Source: an uncultured Verrucomicrobiae bacterium (lineage in GTDB: Bacteria > Verrucomicrobiota > Verrucomicrobiia > Limisphaerales > Palsa-1400). Taken from it: a stretch of 64,000 nt of DNA. This document shows positions 19,449-29,229 of the stretch, one piece after another. Position numbers and translations under genes: made by a program. The DNA is taken from positions 640,001 to 704,000 of the forward strand of contig CAVXRD010000001.1 in assembly GCA_963764165.1 (NCBI GenBank). The letters are read 5' to 3'. The notes beneath the pieces are model-generated. The model saw only the letters and a list, made by a program, of their open reading frames with translations, searched no databases and had not been told where the DNA came from. The number at the start of each line of letters is the position of its first letter. Within the stretch, counting starts at the first letter, position 1.

Positions 19449-21281
19449 TTATTCCTCCACTGGCACGACCAGATTTTCCATGATGTAATCTTTTCGCTCA
19501 GGCGTGTTTTTGCCCATGTAGAATGTCAAAATGCCCGCCGTCTCGGGCTTCGATGCGTATTCAACTTGACTCAAACGCATCCCCGTTCCGATGAATTGCT
19601 TGAATTCGTGCGGGGAGATTTCACCCAAACCTTTGAAGCGCGTGACCTCGGAACTTTTGCCCAATTTCGACATGGCCGCGTCGCGCTCGGCTTCGCTGTA
19701 GCAATAAATGGTCTCCTGCTTGTTGCGCACGCGGAAAAGCGGCGTCTCCAGCACATGCAGATGGCCCTCATGCACCAGATGCTCGAAAAAGCGGAAGAAA
19801 TACGTGATAAGCAAATTGCGAATGTGCAGGCCGTCGACATCGGCATCGGTGGCCAGAATCACTTTGTCGTAGCGCAGGCTTTCGACGGTATCCTCGATGT
19901 CCAGGCTGCGCATCAAATTATACATTTCGTCGTTGCGATAAACGATGTCGCGCTTCAAATCCCAGACATTGAGCGGCTTGCCCTTGAGGACAAAGACGGC
20001 CTGCATGTTGACATCGCGGCAGCTCATGATCGGGCCGGCGGCGGACTGCCCTTCTGTCAGGAAAATCATCGTTCCCTTCCCTTTGCCCTTTGCTTTGTCA
20101 AGATGAACCTTGCAGTCGCGCAATTGCGGGATGCGGATCGTGATGGCCTTGGCCCGTTCGCGGGCCAGCTTTTTGACCTCCTGCAATTCCTTGCGCAACT
20201 GCTGCGTATCCGCAACCTTGGCCATGATTTTCTCGGCCACTTCCTTGTTGCGATTGAAGAAGTGCAGCAACTCCTCGCGCACGGTGTTGACGAGGTCGGA
20301 GCGGATTTCCGTGTTGCCGAGCTTGTTCTTCGTTTGCGATTCGAACACCGGATCCTTCAGGCGGATCGCCACCGCGCCAATCATGCACTCGCGGACATCG
20401 TCGCCTTCGTATTTGCCCTTGGAGTATTCGTTGACAGCCTTGAGCAAGCCTTCGCGAAAGGCGCTCAAATGCGTTCCGCCGTCCGAGGTGTACTGGCCGT
20501 TGACGAATGAGAAAAAAGTTTCGCCGTAACGGCTGTTGCTGTGCGTAAAGCAGAATTCCAGCGTCTTGCTGGTGTAATGCAGCGGCGGATAAATCGGCTC
20601 GGCATGATCGGCTGCCAAATCCTCCATCACGAGATCGAGCAAGCCGTTGCGCGAAACGAATGTTTGCCCGTTGTAAATGAGCTTCAAGCCAGAGTTCAGA
20701 TAACTGTAATGGCGAAGGCGCTTCTCGATGAATTCCGGGCGCAACTCGCTGTTCTTGAAAATTTCCGGGTCGGGCACGAAGCGAATAAAGGTGCCGTCCG
20801 GCTCATTCGGAAGTTCGCCCTTCTTTTCGCCTTTCAATTTTCCCGTCTTGAAGGACGCCTCGACAAATTCCCCGCCGCGATGGCTGCGAACCAAAAAATC
20901 CTTCGAGAGCGCATTGACAGCCTTGGTGCCGACGCCGTTCAAGCCGACGCTGAATTGGAAAACGTCGTCATTATACTTGGCGCCCGTGTTGATCTTCGAG
21001 ACGCAATCGATGACTTTCCCCAGCGGAATGCCGCGCCCGAAATCGCGCACGTTCACGGTGGTGCCCTCGATATCAATCCGAACTTCCTTGCCGTGGCCCA
21101 TGATGTATTCGTCGATGGCGTTATCGATGACCTCCTTAAGGAGGATGTAAACGCCGTCGTCGTAATTGGAGCCATCGCCGATGCGCCCGATGTACATGCC
21201 GGTGCGCAGGCGGATGTGCTCCAGGGACGACAGCGTTTTGATTTTGCTCTCGTCGTAAACGTGCTTTTTATTTTCAGCCAT
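19449..21281 (-). CDS. parE: Type IIA topoisomerase B subunit (topoisomerase IV ParE type)
   Basis: EVIDNAIDE, RDFGRGIP, GLNGVG, TEGQSA, TDADVDGLHI, RFKGLGE; short ParE-like C-terminus. Confidence 0.85.
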   Translation of the reverse strand: MAENKKHVYDESKIKTLSSLEHIRLRTGMYIGRIGDGSNYDDGVYILLKEVIDNAIDEYIMGHGKEVRIDIEGTTVNVRDFGRGIPLGKVIDCVSKINTGAKYNDDVFQFSVGLNGVGTKAVNALSKDFLVRSHRGGEFVEASFKTGKLKGEKKGELPNEPDGTFIRFVPDPEIFKNSELRPEFIEKRLRHYSYLNSGLKLIYNGQTFVSRNGLLDLVMEDLAADHAEPIYPPLHYTSKTLEFCFTHSNSRYGETFFSFVNGQYTSDGGTHLSAFREGLLKAVNEYSKGKYEGDDVRECMIGAVAIRLKDPVFESQTKNKLGNTEIRSDLVNTVREELLHFFNRNKEVAEKIMAKVADTQQLRKELQEVKKLARERAKAITIRIPQLRDCKVHLDKAKGKGKGTMIFLTEGQSAAGPIMSCRDVNMQAVFVLKGKPLNVWDLKRDIVYRNDEMYNLMRSLDIEDTVESLRYDKVILATDADVDGLHIRNLLITYFFRFFEHLVHEGHLHVLETPLFRVRNKQETIYCYSEAERDAAMSKLGKSSEVTRFKGLGEISPHEFKQFIGTGMRLSQVEYASKPETAGILTFYMGKNTPERKDYIMENLVVPVEE

Positions 21282-21373
21282 AAACTGGCTCCAATATTGG
21301 GACGAACGGCGCGATTGCAACCGGAAATTTCCGCTCGTCGTGCCTTTGTGGCGGCGTTAGGCTGCCGCGGGCC

Positions 21374-21775
21374 ATGGCAAAACTCCGCATCACCAAACGC
21401 AAAGTTTCCGGCGGCGCGCTCGCGTTCGCCGGTTACATGCTCTCGCCGCTTTCGTGGTGGAACGATCTTTTTGTGAACTGGCCCATCGCGCTGGCCTTCG
21501 CGTGGGTGGTCAGTTTCTTTTACAAGCCCGCCTTCACCGCGACCTTGATTCTCGGCTATTGGCTTACGAATATTTTGGGCTTCGTGCTCATGCAAAAAGG
21601 CGGGGCGAAAATTATCAGCGAAGAGGATAAGCCCTACACACGCCGGCTCCTCTATCGCGACCTGGCCATTTCTCTTCTTTACACTGCGGCGGTGGTGGTG
21701 CTGGTGAAAATTGGCATCATCGCTCCAATTCAGGATACGGTGCAAAAAATCGAGAATTTCGTGCGCGGCAAATGA
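21374..21775 (+). CDS. Hypothetical membrane protein
   Basis: Several hydrophobic segments; LSPLSWWND motif. Confidence 0.7.
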   Translation: MAKLRITKRKVSGGALAFAGYMLSPLSWWNDLFVNWPIALAFAWVVSFFYKPAFTATLILGYWLTNILGFVLMQKGGAKIISEEDKPYTRRLLYRDLAISLLYTAAVVVLVKIGIIAPIQDTVQKIENFVRGK

Positions 21776-21781
21776 CTCCGC

Positions 21782-21887
21782 CGGAGCGCGGCTGTGTCGA
21801 AGACCAGCCGCAGCAGCGTTCGAATGAACCGGCGCGCGTCTCGGTGTTAACATGGCTGCGGCTGGTCTTCGACACAGCCGCGCTCCG
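21782..21887. repeat. Perfect 33-bp inverted repeat (GGAG-led REP-like doublet, family D)
   Basis: CGGAGCGCGGCTGTGTCGAAGACCAGCCGCAGC at 21782-21814 and its exact reverse complement at 21855-21887. Confidence 0.9.
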
Positions 21888-21888
21888 A

Positions 21889-22293
21889 TTACTTCCCCAT
21901 CTTTATCAAATGATCGTATTGCGCTTTCGTCAATGGCATGACCGAAAGCCGCGAATTCTTGACAAGATGAATTTCTTTTACAGCCGCGTCGCTTTTGACA
22001 GCGGCGAGCGTGACAGGTTTCGCCAGGAGTTTGACGGGAACCAGCGCCACCGCCACCCAATCGCCATCCTCCGCCGTTGGGTCCGGATAGGGCGCGACGG
22101 AAACGCTGGCGATTCCGACGATCTGCTTTTCGTCGCCGCTATGGTAGAACAAAACAGTGTCGCCCTTTTTCATGCCGCGAAGATTGTTTCGCGCCTGAAA
22201 ATTCCGCACGCCCGTCCATTCGGCGCGGCCTTCTTTGACAAAATCCGCCCACGAATAGGATTCCGGTTCCTGTTTCACCAGCCAGTAATTCAT
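21889..22293 (-). CDS. EVE domain protein
   Basis: YWLVKQEP, WTGVRNFQARNNL, FYHSG, RLSVMP. Confidence 0.92.
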   Translation of the reverse strand: MNYWLVKQEPESYSWADFVKEGRAEWTGVRNFQARNNLRGMKKGDTVLFYHSGDEKQIVGIASVSVAPYPDPTAEDGDWVAVALVPVKLLAKPVTLAAVKSDAAVKEIHLVKNSRLSVMPLTKAQYDHLIKMGK

Positions 22294-22302
22294 AACCCAT
22301 TC

Positions 22303-22998
22303 TTACGCCGTCGCAGGTTTGATGGCAATCACACGCACTTCCCGGCCCAGCTTGCACACATGCACTATGCGCCTGATCAAACGAAAGCCCGTCTCGCCCA
22401 GATGCAATTTCGCCGCCCACACTGCGGCGAATCGCGAATAACCAAACTCGCCAATGCCCGCCTGCGAAATTTCAAAACCGCATTCGCTCACAAGATTGCC
22501 GAGCGTCTGGACGTTCCATGAATACAGATGGCGATTCGGCTCGTCCGGCCGAAATTTCCGGTAGCGGCGCTCGCGCTCATAGGGCACGCACAAAACCAAT
22601 CTCCCCGACGGCTTCAACCAGCGGCGAATTTCATCGAGGACTTCCGGCGGATTGGGAACATGCTCGAGGGTGTGGTGGCAAATCACTACGTCCGCCGCGC
22701 TGTTTGGAAAGGCGCGCGGTTCCGTGATGATTTCAATTCCGAGTGGCTGGAGTTTGGCCAGTTGGGATTCTGCGATGTCGAAGCCTAATTTGCGGCGGCA
22801 TTTGAGGCCCGCCAAATTCCAGCCTGCGCCCACGCCATATTCGGCCACCACGTCTTCGCTCGCGACGAACGGGGCAAATTTGCGCGCCCGCAGCGCGATC
22901 ACCCACGGGACGGCTTGCTCCGGGATGCCGCGCTTGGACTCGTGGTATTGGCGTCCCGCTTCGCCGCGGTAATGGCGCTGAACCTGGTCAATCGGCAC
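22303..22998 (-). CDS. Class I SAM-dependent methyltransferase
   Basis: EYGVGAG, DVVICHHTLEHVPNP, LKPSG; GTG start assumed. Confidence 0.8.
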   Translation of the reverse strand: MPIDQVQRHYRGEAGRQYHESKRGIPEQAVPWVIALRARKFAPFVASEDVVAEYGVGAGWNLAGLKCRRKLGFDIAESQLAKLQPLGIEIITEPRAFPNSAADVVICHHTLEHVPNPPEVLDEIRRWLKPSGRLVLCVPYERERRYRKFRPDEPNRHLYSWNVQTLGNLVSECGFEISQAGIGEFGYSRFAAVWAAKLHLGETGFRLIRRIVHVCKLGREVRVIAIKPATA

Positions 22999-23063
22999 GC
23001 CGAACTTTATCCGCCCGCGCGCGGTTGCACAATGACTGTGTTGCGACGATCGCGATCTCTTAA

Positions 23064-23081
23064 AGGTAGGGACGCCTCGCC
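23064..23081. repeat. Family-A REPIN, 5' half of left arm (interrupted by the IS)
   Basis: AGGTAGGGACGCCTCGCC immediately followed by the IS terminal repeat. Confidence 0.9.
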
Positions 23082-24764
23082 GAGACTGTCTCAAAACGTT
23101 TTAGTCTGGCCGATCTGGTTATATGGGCACCAATAGGGGCTGTGGAAACGGGTGTCAACTTTTAGTTGTCAGAGCGTGGCTGGCGTCAGCGATGACGCCA
23201 AGCTTCCCTTTCCCTCCTTTTTTAGGCCGCCATCGCCAAATTTCCTTCAACCGCGGCGGTTTTGACTTCCATTTTCGGCGTCTGGACCCGGGCCTGCCAC
23301 TTTTTATAGAGGATTCGCAGGTTCAAGGTGGCGCATAACAAGGCCCATTGGGCTTGCACGGCTTCCAGACCCCAAACTGTCCAACGCCGAAAGCCGTCGT
23401 GTTGCTTGAGCTGCCCAAACCGGCGTTCGATGATCTCTTTGCGCTTTCCATAAAGCGCGGCGGGTCCTGGCTCTTGCAGCCGGGCCCGCATGGCTTGCAC
23501 CAGCGTGGTGTGCGGCCACACTTCGACTTGCCGCCCTTTGGGATCGCGGCTGCAGAGGGCGCGCACGGGACAGTCTCGGTGATGGCAGCGGAAGCGCTCA
23601 ACGGTCTGGCCTTTCTTGGTGGTCTGGCCTTCGTGGTCCAGAAGGCGCTCTTGCGGGCAGGTGACGGTGTGGGCCGCCTCGTCATAATGAAAATGCTGCG
23701 TCGCGTAGGCGTTGTCGTGGGCTGGCTTGCCCTCCGCCGGCGGGGCCAGCACATTCATCTGCTGTTCCACGGCCGCTTTCAAGTCGGCCCCGCCCCCATA
23801 GCCGGCGTCGGCGGCGGTGAGGGTTGGAATGGCCGCCGGACCGAGGTTTTGCCTCGCTTCTTCAATCATGGGGACCAGCTGGCCGGCGTCGGTTTCCTGG
23901 CGGGTGGCTTGACAGGCGACCATGATGCCCTCCTGGCTGTCGGCCACCGCCTGGGCGTTGTAGGCAAAGCGGTTGGTGTCGCCGACTTTCATCCGGCGCG
24001 CCTCCGGTTCGGCTGGATGGTAATGGTGGCGCCCGTCGGCCTGCAGCTGGGCCAGGCCTTTTTTGATTTCCTCGCGCAGGGCCTGGCGCTGGGCCAACCC
24101 GGCGGGCAGCCGGCAGCCCGGTGCGCTGGAATCCTGGTTCTCCGCCACGACTTTGAGCTCGATTTCCTCCAAGGCGCCATCCAGCTGGGCCAGGAGCTTC
24201 TCCATGTAAACCTTGCTCCAGCCCTGCGGCCCGCTGCAGGCGGCTTGAATCTTGGTGCCGTCCAACGCTTGCAAGGCAAATCCCACCGCCCCGGTGCGGA
24301 GGGCCAGCTGCACGGTTTGCTTGAAAACCTGGCGCAGGGCCTTTTTGTTTCCGTCCCAGAACCGCCAGAGGCTGTTGTGGTCGGGGGCGTTGAGCCCCGT
24401 CAGCCACAGCAGCGAGACATGCTCCGTGCAGGCGGTTTCCAGCTTGCGGGTGGAGCGAATGCGGTGGAAATAACCGTAAAGCCAAATCTTGAGCAGGAGG
24501 CTGGGGGCATAGGGCGGACGGCCTTCGGCGGCGGCGGGAATGACAAACCCAAGCTGGGGCAGATCCAACTGGTCGACAAATTCGCGCAGGAAGCGGGCGG
24601 GATGGTCGGCGGACACCCAGTCCTCCAGGGCGGGCGGGAGGAGGAACTGCTGTCCGTAATCAGGGGCAATCGGTTGAGCCATATTTGTTGAACGGCATTG
24701 TCAACTAAAGGCTCACATATTGTCAAATACATTCCTCAAAAAACAGAAGTTTTGAGACAATCTC
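23082..24764 (-). mobile_element. IS1182-family insertion sequence, 1683 bp, 16-bp terminal inverted repeats, CGCC target duplication
   Basis: GAGACTGTCTCAAAAC / GTTTTGAGACAATCTC (15/16 match); CGCC at 23078-23081 and 24765-24768. Confidence 0.93.
23222..24682 (-). CDS. IS1182-family DDE transposase
   Basis: GRPPYAPSLLLKIWLYGY, ALDGTKIQA, YNAQAVAD, ADAGY, YGKRKEIIERRFGQLK. Confidence 0.93.
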   Translation of the reverse strand: MAQPIAPDYGQQFLLPPALEDWVSADHPARFLREFVDQLDLPQLGFVIPAAAEGRPPYAPSLLLKIWLYGYFHRIRSTRKLETACTEHVSLLWLTGLNAPDHNSLWRFWDGNKKALRQVFKQTVQLALRTGAVGFALQALDGTKIQAACSGPQGWSKVYMEKLLAQLDGALEEIELKVVAENQDSSAPGCRLPAGLAQRQALREEIKKGLAQLQADGRHHYHPAEPEARRMKVGDTNRFAYNAQAVADSQEGIMVACQATRQETDAGQLVPMIEEARQNLGPAAIPTLTAADAGYGGGADLKAAVEQQMNVLAPPAEGKPAHDNAYATQHFHYDEAAHTVTCPQERLLDHEGQTTKKGQTVERFRCHHRDCPVRALCSRDPKGRQVEVWPHTTLVQAMRARLQEPGPAALYGKRKEIIERRFGQLKQHDGFRRWTVWGLEAVQAQWALLCATLNLRILYKKWQARVQTPKMEVKTAAVEGNLAMAA

Positions 24765-24919
24765 CGCCGAGGCGTCCGAGGATGTGGCGGTTTGTGGGCG
24801 TCTAAATCCGCGCAGAGATCAGGGCGGCCCAAAAGACCTTCCTGCGAAGCCTTTAAAAAAAGAAGATCACGCTTCTAAACCGCAACATCCCCGGACGCCT
24901 CGGCGAGGCGTCCCTACCT
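24765..24919. repeat. Family-A REPIN, remainder after the IS
   Basis: CGCCGAGGCGTCCGAGGATGTGGCGGTTT ... AAACCGCAACATCCCCGGACGCCTCGGCGAGGCGTCCCTACCT. Confidence 0.9.
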
Positions 24920-24964
24920 CAATCACTGTGTTGCGGCGCGTCCCCGCCGCCCGTAGACTTCGGC

Positions 24965-25756
24965 ATGCCCGAGATGGCTGAAGTGGAATATTATCGCAAG
25001 CAATGGAGCTGCGGTGAAAAGCAGAAGGTGCTGGCGGTGGAGTTGCATCCGGCCGCCCGAGTTCTGCGCGGAGTGGATTCGGCGGCGCTGAAAAAATCCC
25101 TGACCGGCGCAACATTTCTCGGCTCGGAAGCTCACGGCAAACGCCTCTTTTTCCGATTCTCGAATGACGCGTGGCTCAGCTTGCACATGGGCATGAGCGG
25201 AAGTTTGACCTCGCAAAAAGCGGACGCCGAAATCGGACGCCACGATCATCTGGTGCTGCGGCAGGCCAGGCAAAGTTTATTCTTTACAGATCCCCGACAG
25301 CTCGGCCACGCGCGTTTTCACGCAGGCGAAACTCCGCCATGGATGGCTAAACTTCCGCCTCAAGTTCTGTCGCCGAAATTCACCCGCGCATTGATGGACA
25401 AATTTTTGGCCCGGCACGGACGGCAGCCATTGAAAGCGTCGCTGTTGGCGCAGGAATGTTTTCCGGGCATCGGGAATTGGATGGCGGATGAAATTCTCTG
25501 GCGCGCCCGGCTTCGTCCCTCGCGGCGCTCGGATAGCCTGTCAAGCGCGGAAGCAGGCAAGTTGTATCGCGAAGTTCGTTTTGTGGCGCGGGAATCTTTG
25601 CGCACCATTGGCGAACGCCTGGGTGATCCGCCGCCTTCGTGGCTGTTTCACGTCCGGTGGCGGGCCGGCGGTTTGTGCCCGCGTGACAAGTCGAAATTGG
25701 AACGCACGCAAGTCGGCGGGCGCACGTCGTGCTGGTGCAGGAGTTGCCAAAAGTGA
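24965..25756 (+). CDS. Fpg/Nei-family DNA glycosylase/AP lyase
   Basis: N-terminal MPEMAEVE, HMGMSG, GIGNWMADEIL, C-terminal zinc finger. Confidence 0.9.
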   Translation: MPEMAEVEYYRKQWSCGEKQKVLAVELHPAARVLRGVDSAALKKSLTGATFLGSEAHGKRLFFRFSNDAWLSLHMGMSGSLTSQKADAEIGRHDHLVLRQARQSLFFTDPRQLGHARFHAGETPPWMAKLPPQVLSPKFTRALMDKFLARHGRQPLKASLLAQECFPGIGNWMADEILWRARLRPSRRSDSLSSAEAGKLYREVRFVARESLRTIGERLGDPPPSWLFHVRWRAGGLCPRDKSKLERTQVGGRTSCWCRSCQK

Positions 25757-25778
25757 CTTTTTCTCTCTTTAATCTCAC

Positions 25779-26396
25779 GTGGACGTCAAAGTAAAAATTT
25801 GCGGGATAACGAGCGTGGCCGATGCCGAAGCGGCGGTCGCCGCGGGCGCGGATGCGCTGGGCTTGATGTTTGTGCCCAGCAGCCCGCGCTATTTGACGCT
25901 CGAGGCCGCGGTGGAAATCGCGCGAAGGCTGCCGCTGTATATTTTGCGCGTCGGCGTTTTTGCGGATGCACCGGCCGCTGATGTTTTCGCGGCCATGAAC
26001 CATTGCCAATTGACGCTTCTCCAGTTTCATGGCGCGGAGCCGCCCGCTTACTGCGTGCAATTTGGCTTGATGACGATGAAGGCATTTCGTGTCAAGAATA
26101 GTGATTCGCTGGCGGATTTGGCCAATTACCAAACCGACGCGTTTTTGCTCGATAGCTTCGTCCCAGGCCGCGCGGGTGGAACTGGCGAAACATTCAATTG
26201 GGATTTGGCGATCGAAGCCAAAAAATTCGGCAAGCCGATTTTTCTCGCGGGCGGATTGAATCCGCAGAACGTGGCCGAAGCCGTCCGCAAGGTGGAGCCC
26301 TTCGGCGTCGATGTCTCCAGCGGCGTCGAGCTTTCGCCGGGGAAGAAAGATCCAAAAAAAATGCAGGACTTTGTCGCCGCCGTTCGCGGCGCATAA
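25779..26396 (+). CDS. trpF: Phosphoribosylanthranilate isomerase
   Basis: VKICGIT, QFHGAE, GGTGETFNW, LAGGLNPQNV, GVDVSSGVE. Confidence 0.95.
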   Translation: MDVKVKICGITSVADAEAAVAAGADALGLMFVPSSPRYLTLEAAVEIARRLPLYILRVGVFADAPAADVFAAMNHCQLTLLQFHGAEPPAYCVQFGLMTMKAFRVKNSDSLADLANYQTDAFLLDSFVPGRAGGTGETFNWDLAIEAKKFGKPIFLAGGLNPQNVAEAVRKVEPFGVDVSSGVELSPGKKDPKKMQDFVAAVRGA

Positions 26397-26399
26397 ATT

Positions 26400-26975
26400 A
26401 TGAGCAAGGAAATCTCGCGTTGTCCGTGGCCGGTGGATGAGCTTTACCAAACATATCACGACACGGAATGGGGCGTGCCGCTGCACGATGACCGCGCCCT
26501 TTTTGAATTCCTGATTTTGGAAGGCGCGCAAGCTGGATTAAGCTGGCACACCGTTTTGAAGAAGCGCGAAAATTACCGCGCCGCCTTCGACCAATTCGAT
26601 CCGGAGAAAGTCGCCCGTTACACGCCCGCAAAAATCGCCAGGCTGCTGGCCAATCCGGGAATCATCCGGAACAAATTAAAAATCGCCTCGTCCGTTCAAA
26701 ATGCGCGGGCGTTTCTCAAGGTGCAGGAAGCCTTCGGCAGCTTTGACAAATATATTTGGGGCTTCGTCAATGGCGCCCCCATTGTCAATCATCCGCGCAC
26801 CATGAAAGACGTCCCCGCCCGCACGCGCGAGTCAGACGCATTGAGCAAAGACCTGAAACAGCGCGGATTTAATTTTGTAGGTTCCACGATTTGCTACGCG
26901 CACATGCAGGCGACGGGCATGGTGAACGACCACCTCGTCCATTGCTTCCGCCACGCGGAACTTTGCGGGAAGTAG
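26400..26975 (+). CDS. tag: DNA-3-methyladenine glycosylase I
   Basis: RCPW, YHDTEWG, LEGAQAGLSW, NDHLVHC. Confidence 0.95.
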   Translation: MSKEISRCPWPVDELYQTYHDTEWGVPLHDDRALFEFLILEGAQAGLSWHTVLKKRENYRAAFDQFDPEKVARYTPAKIARLLANPGIIRNKLKIASSVQNARAFLKVQEAFGSFDKYIWGFVNGAPIVNHPRTMKDVPARTRESDALSKDLKQRGFNFVGSTICYAHMQATGMVNDHLVHCFRHAELCGK

Positions 26976-27012
26976 AGCGCCGAAGATGCTGGGCGATCTT
27001 CCATGACCTTCC

Positions 27013-27498
27013 CTAATCCTTCAAGTGTTTCTGTTCGCCTACTGCGTAAGCCTCCCGCAGCCAGCCCTCAACCTCCTCATCTACCTCCATCACCGACATC
27101 AGGCGGAAATGATGCACATGGTTTCGCCGCGAAATCGTCTCGATGCGCCGAATGCGGGGAGCTTCCAGCCGACGTGCCAGCACCACGTGCCCGTCCACCC
27201 ATCGCGTCCGCGGCGTCACCTGCGCGAAGGACATCCGCACTTGGAATGCGATGCGCGTTTTCTCCGGCAGCACCTTTACCGGTCCGATTTTTCGGATTGC
27301 GCCCAACACCGCCTCAAAAATCGCCCGCACCTCCGCCGGTTTCCCCGCGAAGTGCGTTTCCAAATCATGCTTCCCGCAAAAGTGCGACTGGTTTCGATTC
27401 GCAAACTCGCGCCCGCAGCCCGGGCAGCGCCACAACGGTCTTGCCGCGCGTTTTAGGCAGCCGGCAGGATTTGCATCGTGTTTTCCGCGCATCGTCAA
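27013..27498 (-). CDS. DUF5655-like protein with N-terminal CxxC
   Basis: WRCPGCGREFANRNQSHFCG; VEGWLREAY; start uncertain. Confidence 0.65.
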   Translation of the reverse strand: MTMRGKHDANPAGCLKRAARPLWRCPGCGREFANRNQSHFCGKHDLETHFAGKPAEVRAIFEAVLGAIRKIGPVKVLPEKTRIAFQVRMSFAQVTPRTRWVDGHVVLARRLEAPRIRRIETISRRNHVHHFRLMSVMEVDEEVEGWLREAYAVGEQKHLKD

Positions 27499-27947
27499 GG
27501 TTTCAACGAGAGCTTTTCGGCGGCGGCCAATCTGCGCTGATTCGCATCAAATGTCAGAAATTCCTTCGCCTCCAAATGTAATGCGGTTGCCACATGAAGA
27601 ACATCAAAGCTCCGATGCCCACTCAGAGACGTGTGCTTTTTCGAGAGTTGCTCTGCCAGGACAAACACATCCTGAAAGTTGCAAGGCATTAAGACTGCCA
27701 CACCGTTTGAAAGATCAGTGTCAAATTGCAGAAAAGCAGCCTGAGCAACTGACGGGGCGATCCCTTCGCACGGATTTGCGGAGTGTCTCCAAGTTTGAAA
27801 ACGAAGCGACTGGCGAAATTCATAGGCTAGAAAAGCCGCAACATGAAGCGGCTCGCGCATGCCTGCGGCATACGCGGCGGCGGAAGGTGAATTCGACTGC
27901 TTCACATAAAAGGCGCACAGAAAACTTGTGTCCGGGTACGCCGTCAT
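27495..27947 (-). CDS. PIN-domain (VapC-like) toxin
   Basis: YPDTSFL, RSFDVLHVATAL, FLTFDANQRRLA. Confidence 0.88.
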   Translation of the reverse strand: MTAYPDTSFLCAFYVKQSNSPSAAAYAAGMREPLHVAAFLAYEFRQSLRFQTWRHSANPCEGIAPSVAQAAFLQFDTDLSNGVAVLMPCNFQDVFVLAEQLSKKHTSLSGHRSFDVLHVATALHLEAKEFLTFDANQRRLAAAEKLSLKP

Positions 27948-28198
27948 GACAGGTCTCCCCGACTGAGTTCAAGACCCCGCGCAATGTCTGATGAATCGTA
28001 GCACGCATCCCCGAAAGTTTGCTGCAGACGCGCCATGATATCCGGCATTTTAAATTTGCGCGGTGTTTGGCGAGTCGCCGGCACCAGCCGGGCAATCACT
28101 TTTCCTGATTTGGTAATTTCCACCGACTCGCCCTCCTCAACCCACGCAGCCACACGAGGAAAGTGATTTCGCAAGTCCCTGACAGTCGCTGTTTTCAT
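27944..28198 (-). CDS. Phd/YefM-family antitoxin
   Basis: MKTATVRDLRNHF...GESVEITKSGKVIARLVP; overlaps the toxin start. Confidence 0.88.
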   Translation of the reverse strand: MKTATVRDLRNHFPRVAAWVEEGESVEITKSGKVIARLVPATRQTPRKFKMPDIMARLQQTFGDACYDSSDIARGLELSRGDLS

Positions 28199-28276
28199 CG
28201 TGAGACAAACGTGTCTCACAGCGCTTGAAAAATCAACAAAAAATCACAGTAGGTCAAGCTTTTGATTAACCCGATT

Positions 28277-28717
28277 TCAAAAGGCGTCGGGCCGAAGGGG
28301 TTCGGCCTTCAAAATGTCGAATCTCCAATCCAAGGCGTCACACTCGAAAGTCTCATCCCTAAAGTAAAACAGAAAATGCCGGGAGCGTTCGGCTGCCCGG
28401 TCGACCTCAACCCATTCGTCTGGGCATTCCGCCAATCGCAAATCGCCTTCTACCTCGTAAAATTCTCCCCATCGCGGAGCCAACCCGGTGAATCGACATT
28501 GTCCGCGAAACCAACCCTCATCATTAGTGGCGCCGAGGCGATAACGAAGACAAGAAACGAATCGCAGCCGTCCTTTGTCCTCAGCACTGAATTGCGGAAA
28601 CTGGAACGGGTTCAAAAAAAACGTGACGACAACATCACCACCCTCGATAGCGACTCTCGGATCAGGTGCATTAGGCTCGGCGTTCCACCCCTCATTGAGT
28701 TGTCGGAAGGTCGTCAA
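28277..28717 (-). CDS. Hypothetical protein coupled to the GNAT toxin gene
   Basis: TTG start overlaps the GNAT stop; globular-looking sequence with NDEG and HFLFYFRDETFEC. Confidence 0.65.
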   Translation of the reverse strand: MTTFRQLNEGWNAEPNAPDPRVAIEGGDVVVTFFLNPFQFPQFSAEDKGRLRFVSCLRYRLGATNDEGWFRGQCRFTGLAPRWGEFYEVEGDLRLAECPDEWVEVDRAAERSRHFLFYFRDETFECDALDWRFDILKAEPLRPDAF

Positions 28718-29229
28718 GGTATCAGTTTGAACTCCACACTTTTAATAACATCCTTCATCATAAGCATCATGTGAAACGAATTTACCGGCGAAGGAATGAA
28801 GCCGTATTTGGAGTAAAAGTCGGCGGCCCGCTGGTTCTTGGCATGCACTAACACGGCGCGAATTCCGATGACGCGGGAAGCTTCCAATATCTTTAGCAAA
28901 GCGTGCTTTAGCAGGCCTGGGCCGATTTTCTGGCCTTGAAAATTCGTATCTACAGCCAGCCTTGCCAACAAGGCAACCGGGATCGGATGCTGTGGGGTTC
29001 CTTTGGCCACTCTTTCTGGAACGGCTGCCCGTTCAACAGAACCTGCTGCAATCGAAAAATATCCGACCACGATAGTCTGATCCACAGGGGTAGTTACATA
29101 CGTCCTGGCGATTCCCGCGCTTGTGTTGGCCAGGGCATATTTGATGAGAAACTCGTTCAAAGCGGTGTTTCCACAATCAAAATTCCGAACGTCATGGGCA
29201 CTGCTTATCAGGGCTGGAGGCGAGAACAT
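28714..29229 (-). CDS. GNAT acetyltransferase toxin (TacT/AtaT-like)
   Basis: FDCGNTALNEFL, LLARLAVD, QGQKIG, VHAKNQRAADFYSKYGF. Confidence 0.9.
   Translation of the reverse strand: MFSPPALISSAHDVRNFDCGNTALNEFLIKYALANTSAGIARTYVTTPVDQTIVVGYFSIAAGSVERAAVPERVAKGTPQHPIPVALLARLAVDTNFQGQKIGPGLLKHALLKILEASRVIGIRAVLVHAKNQRAADFYSKYGFIPSPVNSFHMMLMMKDVIKSVEFKLIP

Noticed and set aside
22999..23094. REP/IS-derived N-terminal extension of the methyltransferase ORF
   Set aside because: The upstream start lies within the IS terminal repeat; the downstream GTG at 22998 is more plausible
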